The notes below the pieces were generated by a model. The model was given only the letters and a program-made list of their open reading frames with translations, searched no databases and was not told the DNA's origin. The position numbers were made by a program, and so were the translations under genes. This document shows, one piece after another, positions 44,801 through 59,800 of a stretch of DNA of 64,000 nt (positions within the stretch are counted from its first letter, which is position 1; every line of letters begins with the position of its first letter). Origin of the DNA: Macrostomum lignano (taxonomy: Eukaryota); NCBI GenBank assembly GCA_002269645.1, contig NIVC01001294.1, forward strand, positions 123,413 through 187,412, read 5' to 3'.

Positions 44801-47800
44801 GGCTAAAACTTACGGGCAAATTAACTTCCTGAGAAAAAAATCAAGGCTATGCTCACGTTTGCTCTCTACAGGGCAGAGATTCTCACAGTCGCTGAGACTC
44901 AAGAAAGCATTGCCCCGGAGCGTGGAGTTGCCGGCCGAGCAGAATTTTCTACCCTGCACGCGTTTGCACATCCGGCTGGCGGCGCTGAAGCTGTAGACGT
45001 CGCGCTGGAGCTCTGTGGGACAGACACTGCGAGTACTTCGGCCGGGTGCTGGAGCCTCCTCGCCAATATCGGAATGACAAATTTCCGGATTCCAAGTTTT
45101 CGGCGGCAGTGCCGCTTGGTGTTGAATGATAGATCGTTTAGCCCTCTGAGCCGAAGCCACTGCGCCTGCAGTTTGAATCGCTTGCGTGTCGGCCTCGGGT
45201 GCGCACCTGGCCTGGCACTCCCGGTAGCTGCCGAACCTGTTGGGGTTTCCACCACAGCCGTTGTACAGGAAGCGGCTGCACTGCTTGGTGTCGTAGTTGT
45301 AGTAGTACCGCCACGACTGGGCCAGAAGTGGATTGGGACCGCCGCACAGGCGACCTTCCGAGACAGGGTGGAGGCATGGGTCGTTTAACAGCGGTGTCTC
45401 GCACACACTGTGGCACTCGGCCAGGCTCAGGAAGCGGTTTCGATTGCCCAGGCAGCCGCTGTAGCGCATCTCCTGGCAGCTGCCTGTGTCTGGATCGTAG
45501 CTGAACCGCAGAAGCGACTCGCCGCACGGCCCCGGGTCGGGCGCCAGGTAGCAGACGCGCTGCCGAAGCTCTGGGTAGCAGTGCCTCTTGCAATCCGACC
45601 AGGTCACGAAAAAGTTCATGCCTTTGCGACCTACGCCACGCACCACCGAATCGCGGCAGGTGACGTCGCTTGCGTCGAAAAAATAGCTGACGTAGGCTGA
45701 GGATGCATGCGACGACTCTTGGGAGGGCAGCGTTGGCGGCAGCTGGCAGCGGTCCTGCAGCATGTCCACCGAGGCCGATCGGCCAGAGCACAGGGCCCGG
45801 CGCTGGTGGCAGTCCCTACGGTTAGCGAATAGCTGCTGAGAATGTCGAGCAGCGCAGACAGCCGCGACGGACACCTCTTCGCAGTCTGAAGTTGGATCGC
45901 CGAGCTGCCAGCGGGTGACCATCTGGACGTTTGGATTATCGTTGTCGGTGCAGGCTGGCGGCCGTTGGCAAGACGGCTGGGATGCTCCTGCAAAAAATAG
46001 TAAGCATTCTTATAGCTACTGCTATTGCTACTGCTATTGCTACAGCTACTGCTACAGCTACTGCTATTGGTACAGCTACTGCTACAGTTACAGCTACAGC
46101 TACTGCTACCGCTACAGCTACAGCGACAGCTACAGCTACAGCTACTGCTACTGCTACTGCTACAGCTACAGCTACTGCTACAGTTACAGCTACAGCGACT
46201 GCTACAGCTACAGCTACAGCTACAGCGACTGCTACAGCTACAGCTACAGCGACAGCTACAGCTACAGTTACAGCTACAGCTACTGCTACAGCTACAGCTA
46301 CAGCTACTGCTACAGCTACTGCTACAGCTACTGCTACTGCTACTGCTACAGCTACAGTGACTGCTACTGCTACAGCTACAGCTACAGCTACTGCTACTGC
46401 TACAGCTACTGCTACAGTTACAGCTACAGAGACTGCTACAGCTACTGCTACAGCTACTGCTACAGTTACAGCTACAGAGACTGCTACAGCTACTGCTACA
46501 GCTACTGCTACAGCTACTGCTACAGCTACTGCTACAGCTACTGCTACAGCTACTGCTACAGCTACAGCTACAGCTACAGTTACAGCTACAGCTACTGCTA
46601 CAGCTACTGCTACAGCTACTGCTACAGCTACTGCTACAGTTACAGTTACAGCTACAGCTACTGCTACAGCTACAGCTACAGCTACAGCTACTGCTACAGC
46701 TACTGCTACAGCTACAGCTACAGCTACAGCGACTGCTACAGCTACAGCTACAGCGACTGCTACAGCTACAGCTACAGCTACAGCTACTGCTACAGCTACT
46801 GCTACAGCTACTGCTACAGCTACTGCTACAGCTACAGCTACTGCTACAGCTACAGCTACAGCTACTGCTACAGCTACTGCTACAGCTACAGCTACTGCTA
46901 CAGCTACTGCTAAAGCTACTGCTACAGCTACAGCTACAGCTACAGCTACTGCTACTGCTACTGCTACAGCTACAGCTACAGCTACTGCTACTGCTACTGC
47001 TACAGCTACTGCTACAGCTACTGCTACAGCTACAGCTACAGCTAGAGCGACTGCTACAGCTACAGCTACAGCTACAGCGACAGCTACAGCTACAGCTACA
47101 GCGACAGCTACAGCTACAGCTACTGCTACAGCTACAGCTACTGCTACAGCTACTGCTACACCTACTGCTCTTTGCAATTCAGTCTCTTCTTGGCTGAAAA
47201 TATCTCACTGAGCACGTAAACTCCAATGCACTAACTACTGTAATATGACTACTACTGCTCCAAGATTTCTAACAGCTTCACCAACTCCATCAGCTCACTG
47301 AAATTCAGGCACGCATAGTGACAGTCCTCTTCAGTTTCGAAGTTGTTTGCGTTGCCTCCGCAGCCGGTGAATTTAAATGTCCGACACTGGCCGGTCCTTT
47401 CATCGAAGAAGTAGCGGGTCAGCCTCACAAGGTCAGACATCGGGCAGGAGCCAGCGGATGGTGGCAGCTGGCAGACGCTGCTGAAGTTGGACTCTGGCAG
47501 CAGCAGCGGCGCCGGGCCGCCGACCCACCGGCTAGAATGGCGGCGGCTGCTGGACTCCAGTGGGCCGCCGCTGCGCGCCGCGGCTTGTTGAGCGCCAGAT
47601 CCCGCAGTGCTGCCGCAGGTTCGCTCGCAGTCCATCAATCCGAGGAAGCGGTTCCGGTTGCCCTGGCAACCGCTGTAGACAAATTCGCGACAGGTGCGCT
47701 CATTTGCATCGTAGAAGAAACGGACGTGACTCTCCTGGCAGGAGCCTTCATCCATGGGCAGGCTGCACACATCTGCCGGTTAAATAATATCGAATGAAAA

Positions 47801-50800
47801 CTGTCTACTAAGAATACACTGACGCATAGCAACTGCCTTGTTCTTTATTTAAACAAATAAACCCTTTTACATGTCTTGTCGCGACTTTCCTAGTCATTTC
47901 TTTAGTTCACCTTCACTTGTCTCTGTTTACTCTGTTTTCTCTCTCTCTCTGTCTAGCTCAATCTTGTTATTCTTATCTCTCTCTCCCCTGCTGCGTTCTG
48001 ATTGGCTCTCCATTCTTGCCTCTTTCCTCAGTCGCGCACTCCACCCCCTTGTCTTATCTTGCACCCCAAAGTTTAATGTCATATAAGTATATCGGTTTGG
48101 GCCCTGCGCCTCTTCTGTCTATTCAATTTAACTCTAATTTAAATATATATAGTTTATTGTATTCTCTAGTTTTTTTGTCTTATTTTCTCTACATGTCTAT
48201 ACTATCAGCGCCTCATGTCGACCCACCGTCCCCGATTCGGGTAAAAATCACCTCAAAACAATTTTGTCCCCAGAACCAACATGAATGAACTGCACGACCT
48301 TAGCAATAAGAGCTAGAAATGCAAACAGCAACGAACGCAATAATAAAGGCCAGGTCGCAAGACGATCGTCCGAACCTCGGCATGAATGAAGGACAAAGCA
48401 ACTTCTCAGCTAAAATCCCTCGATCTAAATGTAACGACATCCATCCAGAAAATACATTCTCTGTGTAACTAGGGTGCAATAAAGTCCTAAAAGTTTTGCC
48501 ATCATGATTTAGTAGACCAAGCTGGCACCCCAAAGCCCTTACCGGCCAGCGACTCGGGCATGCAGTGCTGCCTGCACTCGTCCAGGCTGCCGAAGCTGTT
48601 GCCAGCCAGCGAATCGTTCGGGCAGACTGTGCGGCGAATACACGCCCTGTGCTGTTCACTGTAAAAGTACATGTCCCTCGGGAACTCGCAGTGCCTCGCG
48701 TCCGAGTCCACTTCGAAGGATGCGAAGCAGCGGTCTGAGACGGACAGATTTGTTCCATTTACGAGTAGCTTCAGTCGTTAACTTTAGTTATTTAGGTTAA
48801 ACATGCAGCCGTTAACATGTACAGCAGCTTGCTAGGAACAGAGATAAAATAATGCCACAATGCTGTCCCAGGCCACCAGCCACGCACTCACCCTGCACAA
48901 TGCTGTCCGTGGCCTGACTGACGCAAGTCTCGCTGCAGGTGACTCTGTCCACAAAGAAGCTGACTTTTCCAACGAGGCTTTGACACTCTGGGCTTTCCTT
49001 GAGCGCAACGGGCAGACAGGCGCCTATCTTGGCCGAGTAGCGGTAGTGCTGGACGCTGCCCACGTCTGTCGTCTCTGCTGAGAAGTCCAAGCAGGCCTGA
49101 GCTGCGCTGGTCATTGTGCAGCGCGAGTTCAAATCCTCTGAGAGATAGAAGAGAGGGACTTAGCAAACTTTCTCTGGTTCAAATGGTTCACTGATTAACT
49201 TAGCACGAACCTGCAGTCTTTGTTTTCGCAAGCAATGCACATGCCATGCTCGTAGGTTGACGAGAAATTGCACTAAGAGTTAAATTATAATTTAATAGTG
49301 TTTTCAAGACCCTGAAGTCAATCTTACTTTTGAATCGGTCCAAGCAGTTTTTCTCGCACATCTCTTGCGTGTCAAAGCGATTTGCCGAGCCGTTACCTGC
49401 AACCGAGTATTCGTAGGGGGCGCAACTACCGTCGTTTGGCAAGTAGCCAAAGGCATGCCGGGCGGTCTTCGCCGTGTTGGACAGCATCGATTGCACACCG
49501 CTGAACCCTCCAGTCTCCTGAAGACAGGGCTCGTAGCCTGTGGTGTGGACAAGGCTTCATTAGCTACTGATATTTCAAAATGACTACTAAAGCTCCAAAC
49601 CCTGCATCTGCCGGAGCTTTAAATCTTAAGCACACCAGAGAAAAAGCAATAGCAACTGAAAGAAGATGCACAAAAATTCACTTACCAAGTAACCGGGGCG
49701 CCGCCTGAGATCGTCTAACCCGATTAGACCGGTCGCACTGAACGCTCTTCCAGGCGGGGCCCTCATCCTGGCTGCGGCAGAAGCTCAGTGGCACCTGGCG
49801 ATCGCCGATTCGACAAGACGGCGTCATGATCCGCAGACCCAGAGCTCTGCTGCAGTTTCCAGGCACCCAGTGCAGAGTGGACTCTCCAAGCGGGTCGCAG
49901 TTGTCCCTGTAGCTGCAGCTCTGCAGCATATCCGAAGCGAAATCCTCGGTGAGCTGATCCATGCAGGTCCTGGTGGGCAGCAACTCGTTGAAGATGCTCA
50001 CGCAGATGATTTCCCTGGTCTGATAGCTCTCGTTGGAGCTGTGGTCGCACATGCACTTTGGGATGGGTAAAATGCAGAAGTGTTGATAAAAGTTGATCTC
50101 AGTGGTTTTGACTTCATGACAATAATATCACCTAGCAGCACATACCTCCGACCATGGAGTGTAGGTCAATCTGGAAAATTTGTCAGAATCGTTAATAGTC
50201 AGGTAGGGATAATCAACCTGGTCTGGCTCTCCCGTAACTGAAAGAAAACAGCGGATCATAAAGTTTCTAAACAAAGAAAGCTAGAAAAAAACAGATGTGA
50301 CTGACTCACTTGCGATTTCACGAACGTTCTGCAACAAAAAAGGCGATAACACAAGAGTCAAATCTACGACTATTCAAAAAACAGTCAAAGCTGGAAAAAA
50401 ACAACTTGCCCCGAAATCGACTTCCGGCATGAAAAGAAAATCTCTAGTGGGACTGGGCCGCAACACTGAAATTGTTATCACAGTACTAAAATAAACTTCT
50501 CAAAAAAATAAAAAAAGAATATAACACCAAAAATGAAAAAATATACCCGAAACAGAAGACTTTGTTACTAAATCCGATTTTTCAGTAACGCCAACAATAT
50601 CAATGTTTGAACTTCGAGAAAAAAACGCCGATGTTGAAGTTGCTGATGATAAATTCGAAGGAGCGGTGCTTGTCACTTCCGGTTCCGCAGTGGAAACAGA
50701 AGACGCAGACGCAGTGCTCGCAGTCTCTTTCTGAATAACTGTACTTCGGTCTTCTTCCACGGTACTTTCCTCTCCGACTTTACTTGGTGCAGTTTGGCCT

Positions 50801-53800
50801 ACTCTTGTAAAACTGTCAGTTTCTATTTCTGGCGTAGTTACTGATTGTGAAGTCTCATTCACACTCGGCGTCTCGACACTGGCGGCGCTTGTGGCTTCCG
50901 GTTCCGCAGTGGAAACAGTAGACGCAGACGCAGTGCTCGCAGTCTCGGCCTCGCTGCTGGGCGTCGCGCCACTCACGGTCGAGCTCTCGACTGTCTGTGT
51001 CGACTCCGTGCTCAATGTCGGGCCTGTCGCTTCTGGTACACTCACGCTCGGCGTCTCGACACTGGCGGCGCTTGTGGCTTCCGGTTCCGCAGTGGAAACA
51101 GTAGACGCAGACGCAGTGCTCGCAGTCTCGGCCTCGCTGCTGGGCGTCGCGCCACTCACGGTCGAGCTCTCGACTGTCTGTGTCGACTCCGTGCTCAATG
51201 TCGGGCCTGTCGCTTCTGGTACACTCACGCTCGGCGTCTCGACACTGGCGGCGCTTGTGGCTTCCGGTTCCGCAGTGGAAACAGTAGACGCAGACGCAGT
51301 GCTCGCAGTCTCGGCCTCGCTACTGGACGTCGCGCCACTCACGGTCGAGCTCTCAACTGTCTGTGTCGACTCCGTGCTCAATGTCGGGCCTGTCGCTTCT
51401 GGTACACTCACGCTCGGCGTCTCGACACTGGCGGCGCTTGTGGCTTCCGGTTCCGCAGTGGAAACAGTAGACGCAGACGCAGTGCTCGCAGTCTCGGCCT
51501 CGCTGCTGGGCGTCGCGCCACTCACGGTCGAGCTCTCAACTGTCTGTGTCGACTCCGTGCTCAATGTCGGGCCTGTCGCTTCTGGTACACTCACGCTCGG
51601 CGTCTCGACACTGGCGGCGCTTGTGGCTTCCGGTTCCGCAGTGGAAACAGTAGACGCAGACGCAGTGCTCGCAGTCTCGGCCTCGCTGCTGGGCGTCGCG
51701 CCACTCACGGTCGAGCTCTCAACTGTCTGTGTCGACTCCGTGCTCAATGTCGGGCCTGTCGCTTCTGGTACACTCACGCTCGGCGTCTCGACACTGGCGG
51801 CGCTTGTGGCTTCCGGTTCCGCAGTGGAAACAGTAGACGCAGACGCAGTGCTCGCAGTCTCGGCCTCGCTGCTGGGCGTCGCGCCACTCACGGTCGAGCT
51901 CTCGACTGTCTGTGTCGACTCCGTGCTCAATGTCGGGCCTGTCGCTTCTGGTACACTCACGCTCGGCGTCTCGACACTGGCGGCGCTTGTGGCTTCCGGT
52001 TCCGCAGTGGAAACAGTAGACGCAGACGCAGTGCTCGCAGTCTCGGCCTCGCTGCTGGGCGTCGCGCCACTCACGGTCGAGCTCTCGACTGTCTGTGTCG
52101 ACTCCGTGCTCAATGTCGGGCCTGTCGCTTCTGGTACACTCACGCTCGGCGTCTCGACACTGGCGGCGCTTGTGGCTTCCGGTTCCGCAGTGGAAACAGT
52201 AGACGCAGACGCAGTGCTCGCAGTCTCGGCCTCGCTGCTGGGCGTCGCGCCACTCACGGTCGAGCTCTCGACTGTCTGTGTCGACTCCGTGCTCAATGTC
52301 GGGCCTGTCGCTTCTGGTACACTCACGCTCGGCGTCTCGACACTGGCGGCGCTTGTGGCTTCCGGTTCCGCAGTGGAAACAGTAGACGCAGACGCAGTGC
52401 TCGCAGTCTCGGCCTCGCTGCTGGGCGTCGCGCCACTCACGGTCGAGCTCTCGACCATCTGTGTCGACTCCGTGCTCAATGTCGGGCCTGTCGCTTCTGG
52501 TACACTCACGCTCGGCGTCTCGACACTGGCGGCGCTTGTGGCTTCCGGTTCCGCAGTGGAAACAGTAGACGCAGACGCAGTGCTCGCAGTCTCGGCCTCG
52601 CTGCTGGGCGTCGCGCCACTCACGGTCGAGCTCTCGACTGTCTGTGTCGACTCCGTGCTCAATGTCGGGCCTGTCGCTTCTGGTACACTCACGCTCGGCG
52701 TCTCGACACTGGCGGCGCTTGTGGCTTCCGGTTCCGCAGTGGAAACAGTAGACGCAGACGCAGTGCTCGCAGTCTCGGCCTCGCTGCTGGGCGTCGCGCC
52801 ACTCACGGTCGAGCTCTCAACTGTCTGTGTCGACTCCGTGCTCAATGTCGGGCCTGTCGCTTCTGGTACACTCACGCTCGGCGTCTCGACACTGGCGGCG
52901 CTTGTGGCTTCCGGTTCCGCAGTGGAAACAGTAGACGCAGACGCAGTGCTGGCAGTCTCTTTCTGAATAACTGTACTTCGGTCTTCTTCCACGGTACTTT
53001 CCTCTCCGACTTTACTTGGTGCAGTTTGGCCTACTCTTGTAAAACTCTCAGTTTCTATTTCTGGCGTAGTTACTGATTGTGAAGTCTCATTCAAACTCGG
53101 TGTCTCGACACTGGCGGCGCTTGTGGCTTCCGGTTCCGCAGTGGAAACAGTAGACGCAGACGCAGTGCTCGCAGTCTCGGCCTCGCTGCTGGGCGTCGCG
53201 CCACTCACGGTCGAGCTCTCGACTGTCTGTGTCGACTTCGTGCTCAATGTCGGGCCTGTCGCTTCTGGTACACTCACGCTCGGCGTCTCGACACTGGCGG
53301 CGCTTGTGGCTTCCGGTTCCGCAGTGGAAACAGTAGACGCAGACGCAGTGCTCGCAGTCTCGGCCTCGCTGCTGGGCGTCGCGCCACTCACGGTCGAGCT
53401 CTCAACTGTCTGTGTCGACTCCGTGCTCAATGTCGGGCCTGTCGCTTCTGGTACACTCACGCTCGGCGTCTCGACACTGGCGGCGCTTGTGGCTTCCGGT
53501 TCCGCAGTGGAAACAGTAGACGCAGACGCAGTGCTCGCAGTCTCGGCCTCGCTGCTGGGCGTCGCGCCACTCACGGTCGAGCTCTCAACTGTCTGTGTCG
53601 ACTCCGTGCTCAATGTCGGGCCTGTCGCTTCTGGTACACTCACGCTCGGCGTCTCGACACTGGCGGCGCTTGTGGCTTCCGATTCCGCAGTGGAAACAGT
53701 AGACGCAGACGCAGTGCTGGCAGTCTCTTTCTGAATAACTGTACTTCGGTCTTCTTCCACGGTACTTTCCTCTCCGACTTTACTTGGTGCAGTTTGGCCT

Positions 53801-56800
53801 ACTCTTGTAAAACTCTCAGTTTCTATTTCTGGCGTAGTTACTGATTGTGAAGTCTCATTCACACTCGGCGTCTCGACACTGGCGGCGCTTGTGGCTTCCG
53901 GTTCCGCAGTGGAAACAGTAGACGCAGACGCAGTGCTCGCAGTCTCGGCCTCGCTGCTGGGCGTCGCGCCACTCACGGTCGAGCTCTCGACTGTCTGTGT
54001 CGACTCCGTGCTCAATGTCGGGCCTGTCGCTTCTGGTACACTCACGCTCGGCGTCTCGACACTGGCGGCGCTTGTGGCTTCCGGTTCCGCAGTGGAAACA
54101 GTAGACGCAGACGCAGTGCTCGCAGTCTCGGCCTCGCTGCTGGGCGTCGCGCCACTCACGGTCGAGCTCTCGACTGTCTGTGTCGACTCCGTGCTCAATG
54201 TCGGGCCTGTCGCTTCTGGTACACTCACGCTCGGCGTCTCGACACTGGCGGCGCTTGTGGCTTCCGGTTCCGCAGTGGAAACAGTAGACGCAGACGCAGT
54301 GCTCGCAGTCTCGGCCTCGCTGCTGGGCGTCGCGCCACTCACGGTCGAGCTCTCGACCATCTGTGTCGACTCCGTGCTCAATGTCGGGCCTGTCGCTTCT
54401 GGTACACTCACGCTCGGCGTCTCGACACTGGCGGCGCTTGTGGCTTCCGGTTCCGCAGTGGAAACAGTAGACGCAGACGCAGTGCTCGCAGTCTCGGCCT
54501 CGCTGCTGGGCGTCGCGCCACTCACGGTCGAGCTCTCAACTGTCTGTGTCGACTCCGTGCTCAATGTCGGGCCTGTCGCTTCTGGTACACTCACGCTCGG
54601 CGTCTCGACACTGGCGGCGCTTGTGGCTTCCGGTTCCGCAGTGGAAACAGTAGACGCAGACGCAGTGCTCGCAGTCTCGGCCTCGCTGCTGGGCGTCGCG
54701 CCACTCACGGTCGAGCTCTCAACTGTCTGTGTCGACTCCGTGCTCAATGTCGGGCCTGTCGCTTCTGGTACACTCACGCTCGGCGTCTCGACACTGGCGG
54801 CGCTTGTGGCTTCCGGTTCCGCAGTGGAAACAGTAGACGCAGACGCAGTGCTGCAGTACTTCGGTCTTCTTCACGGTACTTTCCTCTCCGACTTTACTTG
54901 TGCAGTTTGGCCTACTCTTGTAAAACTCTCAGTCTATTCTGGCGTAGTTCTGATTGTGAACTCATTCACTCGGCGTCTCGACACTGGCGGCGCTTGTGGC
55001 TTCCGGTTCCGCAGTGGAAACAGTAGACGCAGACGCAGTGCTCGCAGTCTCGGCCTCGCTGCTGGGCGTCGCGCCACTCACGGTCGAGCTCTCGACTGTC
55101 TGTGTCGACTCCGTGCTCAATGTCGGGCCTGTCGCTTCTGGTACACTCACGCTCGGCGTCTCGACACTGGCGGCGCTTGTGGCTTCCGGTTCCGCAGTGG
55201 AAACAGTAGACGCAGACGCAGTGCTCGCAGTCTCGGCCTCGCTGCTGGGCGTCGCGCCACTCACGGTCGAGCTCTCAACTGTCTGTGTCGACTCCGTGCT
55301 CAATGTCGGGCCTGTCGCTTCTGGTACACTCACGCTCGGCGTCTCGACACTGGCGGCGCTTGTGGCTTCCGGTTCCGCAGTGGAAACAGTAGACGCAGAC
55401 GCAGTGCTCGCAGTCTCGGCCTCGCTGCTGGGCGTCGCGCCACTCACGGTCGAGCTCTCAACTGTCTGTGTCGACTCCGTGCTCAATGTCGGGCCTGTCG
55501 CTTCTGGTACACTCACGCTCGGCGTCTCGACACTGGCGGCGCTTGTGGCTTCCGGTTCCGCAGTGGAAACAGTAGACGCAGACGCAGTGCTGCAGTCTCT
55601 CTGCTGCTTCGGTCTTCTCCACGGTACTTTCCTCTCGACTTTACTGTGCAGTTTGGCCTACTCTTGTAAAACTCTCAGTTTCTATTCTGGCGTAGTCTGT
55701 TGTGACTCATCACGCTCGGCGTCTCGACACTGGCGGCGCTTGTGGCTTCCGGTTCCGCAGTGGAAACAGTAGACGCAGACGCAGTGCTCGCAGTCTCGGC
55801 CTCGCTGCTGGGCGTCGCGCCACTCACGGTCGAGCTCTCAACTGTCTGTGTCGACTCCGTGCTCAATGTCGGGCCTGTCGCTTCTGGTACACTCACGCTC
55901 GGCGTCTCGACACTGGCGGCGCTTGTGGCTTCCGGTTCCGCAGTGGAAACAGTAGACGCAGACGCAGTGCTCGCAGTCTCGGCCTCGCTGCTGGGCGTCG
56001 CGCCACTCACGGTCGAGCTCTCGACTGTCTGTGTCGACTCCGTGCTCAATGTCGGGCCTGTCGCTTCTGGTACACTCACGCTCGGCGTCTCGACACTGGC
56101 GGCGCTTGTGGCTTCCGGTTCCGCAGTGGAAACAGTAGACGCAGACGCAGTGCTCGCAGTCTCGGCCTCGCTGCTGGGCGTCGCGCCACTCACGGTCGAG
56201 CTCTCGACTGTCTGTGTCGACTCCGTGCTCAATGTCGGGCCTGTCGCTTCTGGTACACTCACGCTCGGCGTCTCGACACTGGCGGCGCTTGTGGCTTCCG
56301 GTTCCGCAGTGGAAACAGTAGACGCAGACGCAGTGCTCGCAGTCTCGGCCTCGCTGCTGGGCGTCGCGCCACTCACGGTCGAGCTCTCGACTGTCTGTGT
56401 CGACTCCGTGCTCAATGTCGGGCCTGTCGCTTCTGGTACACTCACGCTCGGCGTCTCGACACTGGCGGCGCTTGTGGCTTCCGGTTCCGCAGTGGAAACA
56501 GTAGACGCAGACGCAGTGCTCGCAGTCTCGGCCTCGCTGCTGGGCGTCGCGCCACTCACGGTCGAGCTCTCAACTGTCTGTGTCGACTCCGTGCTCAATG
56601 TCGGGCCTGTCGCTTCTGGTACACTCACGCTCGGCGTCTCGACACTGGCGGCGCTTGTGGCTTCCGGTTCCGCAGTGGAAACAGTAGACGCAGACGCAGT
56701 GCTCGCAGTCTCTCTGCTGCTCGGCCTCCACGGTACTCCTCTCGACTTACTTGGTCAGTCCTACTCTTGTAACTGTCGTCTATTCGGCGTGTCTGATTGT

Positions 56801-59800
56801 GAAGTCTCATCACGCTCGGCGTCTCGACACTGGCGGCGCTTGTGGCTTCCGGTTCCGCAGTGGAAACAGTAGACGCAGACGCAGTGCTCGCAGTCTCGGC
56901 CTCGCTGCTGGGCGTCGCGCCACTCACGGTCGAGCTCTCACTGTCTGTGTCGACTCCGTGCTCAATGTCGGGCCTGTCGCTTCTGGTACACTCACGCTCG
57001 GCGTCTCGACACTGGCGGCGCTTGTGGCTTCCGGTTCCGCAGTGGAAACAGTAGACGCAGACGCAGTGCTCGCAGTCTCGGCCTCGCTGCTGGGCGTCGC
57101 GCCACTCACGGTCGAGCTCTCGACTGTCTGTGTCGACTCCGTGCTCAATGTCGGGCCTGTCGCTTCTGGTACACTCACGCTCGGCGTCTCGACACTGGCG
57201 GCGCTTGTGGCTTCCGGTTCCGCAGTGGAAACAGTAGACGCAGACGCAGTGCTCGCAGTCTCGGCCTCGCTGCTGGGCGTCGCGCCACTCACGGTCGAGC
57301 TCTCGACTGTCTGTGTCGACTCCGTGCTCAATGTCGGGCCTGTCGCTTCTGGTACACTCACGCTCGGCGTCTCGACACTGGCGGCGCTTGTGGCTTCCGG
57401 TTCCGCAGTGGAAACAGTAGACGCAGACGCAGTGCTCGCAGTCTCGGCCTCGCTGCTGGGCGTCGCGCCACTCACGGTCGAGCTCTCGACTGTCTGTGTC
57501 GACTCCGTGCTCAATGTCGGGCCTGTCGCTTCTGGTACACTCACGCTCGGCGTCTCGACACTGGCGGCGCTTGTGGCTTCCGGTTCCGCAGTGGAAACAG
57601 TAGACGCAGACGCAGTGCTCGCAGTCTCGGCCTCGCTGCTGGGCGTCGCGCCACTCACGGTCGAGCTCTCGACTGTCTGTGTCGACTCCGTGCTCAATGT
57701 CGGGCCTGTCGCTTCTGGTACACTCACGCTCGGCGTCTCGACACTGGCGGCGCTTGTGGCTTCCGGTTCCGCAGTGGAAACAGTAGACGCAGACGCAGTG
57801 CTCGCAGTCTCGGCCTCGCTGCTGGGCGTCGCGCCACTCACGGTCGAGCTCTCAACTGTCTGTGTCGACTCCGTGCTCAATGTCGGGCCTGTCGCTTCTG
57901 GTACACTCACGCTCGGCGTCTCGACACTGGCGGCGCTTGTGGCTTCCGGTTCCGCAGTGGAAACAGTAGACGCAGACGCAGTGCTCGCAGTCTCTCTGCT
58001 GCTCGGCTCTCACGGTACTCTCTCACACTTGGTCAGTGGCCTCTCTTGTACTCTCAGTTCATTCTGGCGTGTTACTGATTGTAAGTCTCACGCTCGGCGT
58101 CTCGACACTGGCGGCGCTTGTGGCTTCCGGTTCCGCAGTGGAAACAGTAGACGCAGACGCAGTGCTCGCAGTCTCGGCCTCGCTGCTGGGCGTCGCGCCA
58201 CTCACGGTCGAGCTCTCGACTGTCTGTGTCGACTCCGTGCTCAATGTCGGGCCTGTCGCTTCTGGTACACTCACGCTCGGCGTCTCGACACTGGCGGCGC
58301 TTGTGGCTTCCGGTTCCGCAGTGGAAACAGTAGACGCAGACGCAGTGCTCGCAGTCTCGGCCTCGCTGCTGGGCGTCGCGCCACTCACGGTCGAGCTCTC
58401 AACTGTCTGTGTCGACTCCGTGCTCAATGTCGGGCCTGTCGCTTCTGGTACACTCACGCTCGGCGTCTCGACACTGGCGGCGCTTGTGGCTTCCGGTTCC
58501 GCAGTGGAAACAGTAGACGCAGACGCAGTGCTCGCAGTCTCGGCCTCGCTGCTGGGCGTCGCGCCACTCACGGTCGAGCTCTCAACTGTCTGTGTCGACT
58601 CCGTGCTCAATGTCGGGCCTGTCGCTTCTGGTACACTCACGCTCGGCGTCTCGACACTGGCGGCGCTTGTGGCTTCCGGTTCCGCAGTGGAAACAGTAGA
58701 CGCAGACGCAGTGCTCGCAGTCTCTCTGCTGCTCGGTCTCTCCACGGTACTCCTCTCCGACTTTACTTGTGCAGTGGCCTACTCTTGTACTCCGTTCTAT
58801 TTCGGCGTGTTCTGGTAACTCACACACTCGGCGTCTCGACACTGGCGGCGCTTGTGGCTTCCGGTTCCGCAGTGGAAACAGTAGACGCAGACGCAGTGCT
58901 CGCAGTCTCGGCCTCGCTGCTGGGCGTCGCGCCACTCACGGTCGAGCTCTCACTGTCTGTGTCGACTCCGTGCTCAATGTCGGGCCTGTCGCTTCTGGTA
59001 CACTCACGCTCGGCGTCTCGACACTGGCGGCGCTTGTGGCTTCCGGTTCCGCAGTGGAAACAGTAGACGCAGACGCAGTGCTCGCAGTCTCGGCCTCGCT
59101 GCTGGGCGTCGCGCCACTCACGGTCGAGCTCTCGACTGTCTGTGTCGACTCCGTGCTCAATGTCGGGCCTGTCGCTTCTGGTACACTCACGCTCGGCGTC
59201 TCGACACTGGCGGCGCTTGTGGCTTCCGGTTCCGCAGTGGAAACAGTAGACGCAGACGCAGTGCTCGCAGTCTCGGCCTCGCTGCTGGGCGTCGCGCCAC
59301 TCACGGTCGAGCTCTCACTGTCTGTGTCGACTCCGTGCTCAATGTCGGGCCTGTCGCTTCTGGTACACTCACGCTCGGCGTCTCGACACTGGCGGCGCTT
59401 GTGGCTTCCGGTTCCGCAGTGGAAACAGTAGACGCAGACGCAGTGCTCGCAGTCTCGGCCTCGCTGCTGGGCGTCGCGCCACTCACGGTCGAGCTCTCAA
59501 CTGTCTGTGTCGACTCCGTGCTCAATGTCGGGCCTGTCGCTTCTGGTACACTCACGCTCGGCGTCTCGACACTGGCGGCGCTTGTGGCTTCCGGTTCCGC
59601 AGTGGAAACAGTAGACGCAGACGCAGTGCTCGCAGTCTCGGCCTCGCTGCTGGGCGTCGCGCCACTCACGGTCGAGCTCTCAACTGTCTGTGTCGACTCC
59701 GTGCTCAATGTCGGGCCTGTCGCTTCTGGTACACTCACGCTCGGCGTCTCGACACTGGCGGCGCTTGTGGCTTCCGGTTCCGCAGTGGAAACAGTAGACG

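Noticed and set aside
45915-47211. Tyr/Cys-rich (YSYC), Ala/Thr and Val/Ala ORFs as a structural protein
   Set aside because: All frames of a hexamer repeat lacking stops; it lies in a papilin intron with phase-consistent flanks.
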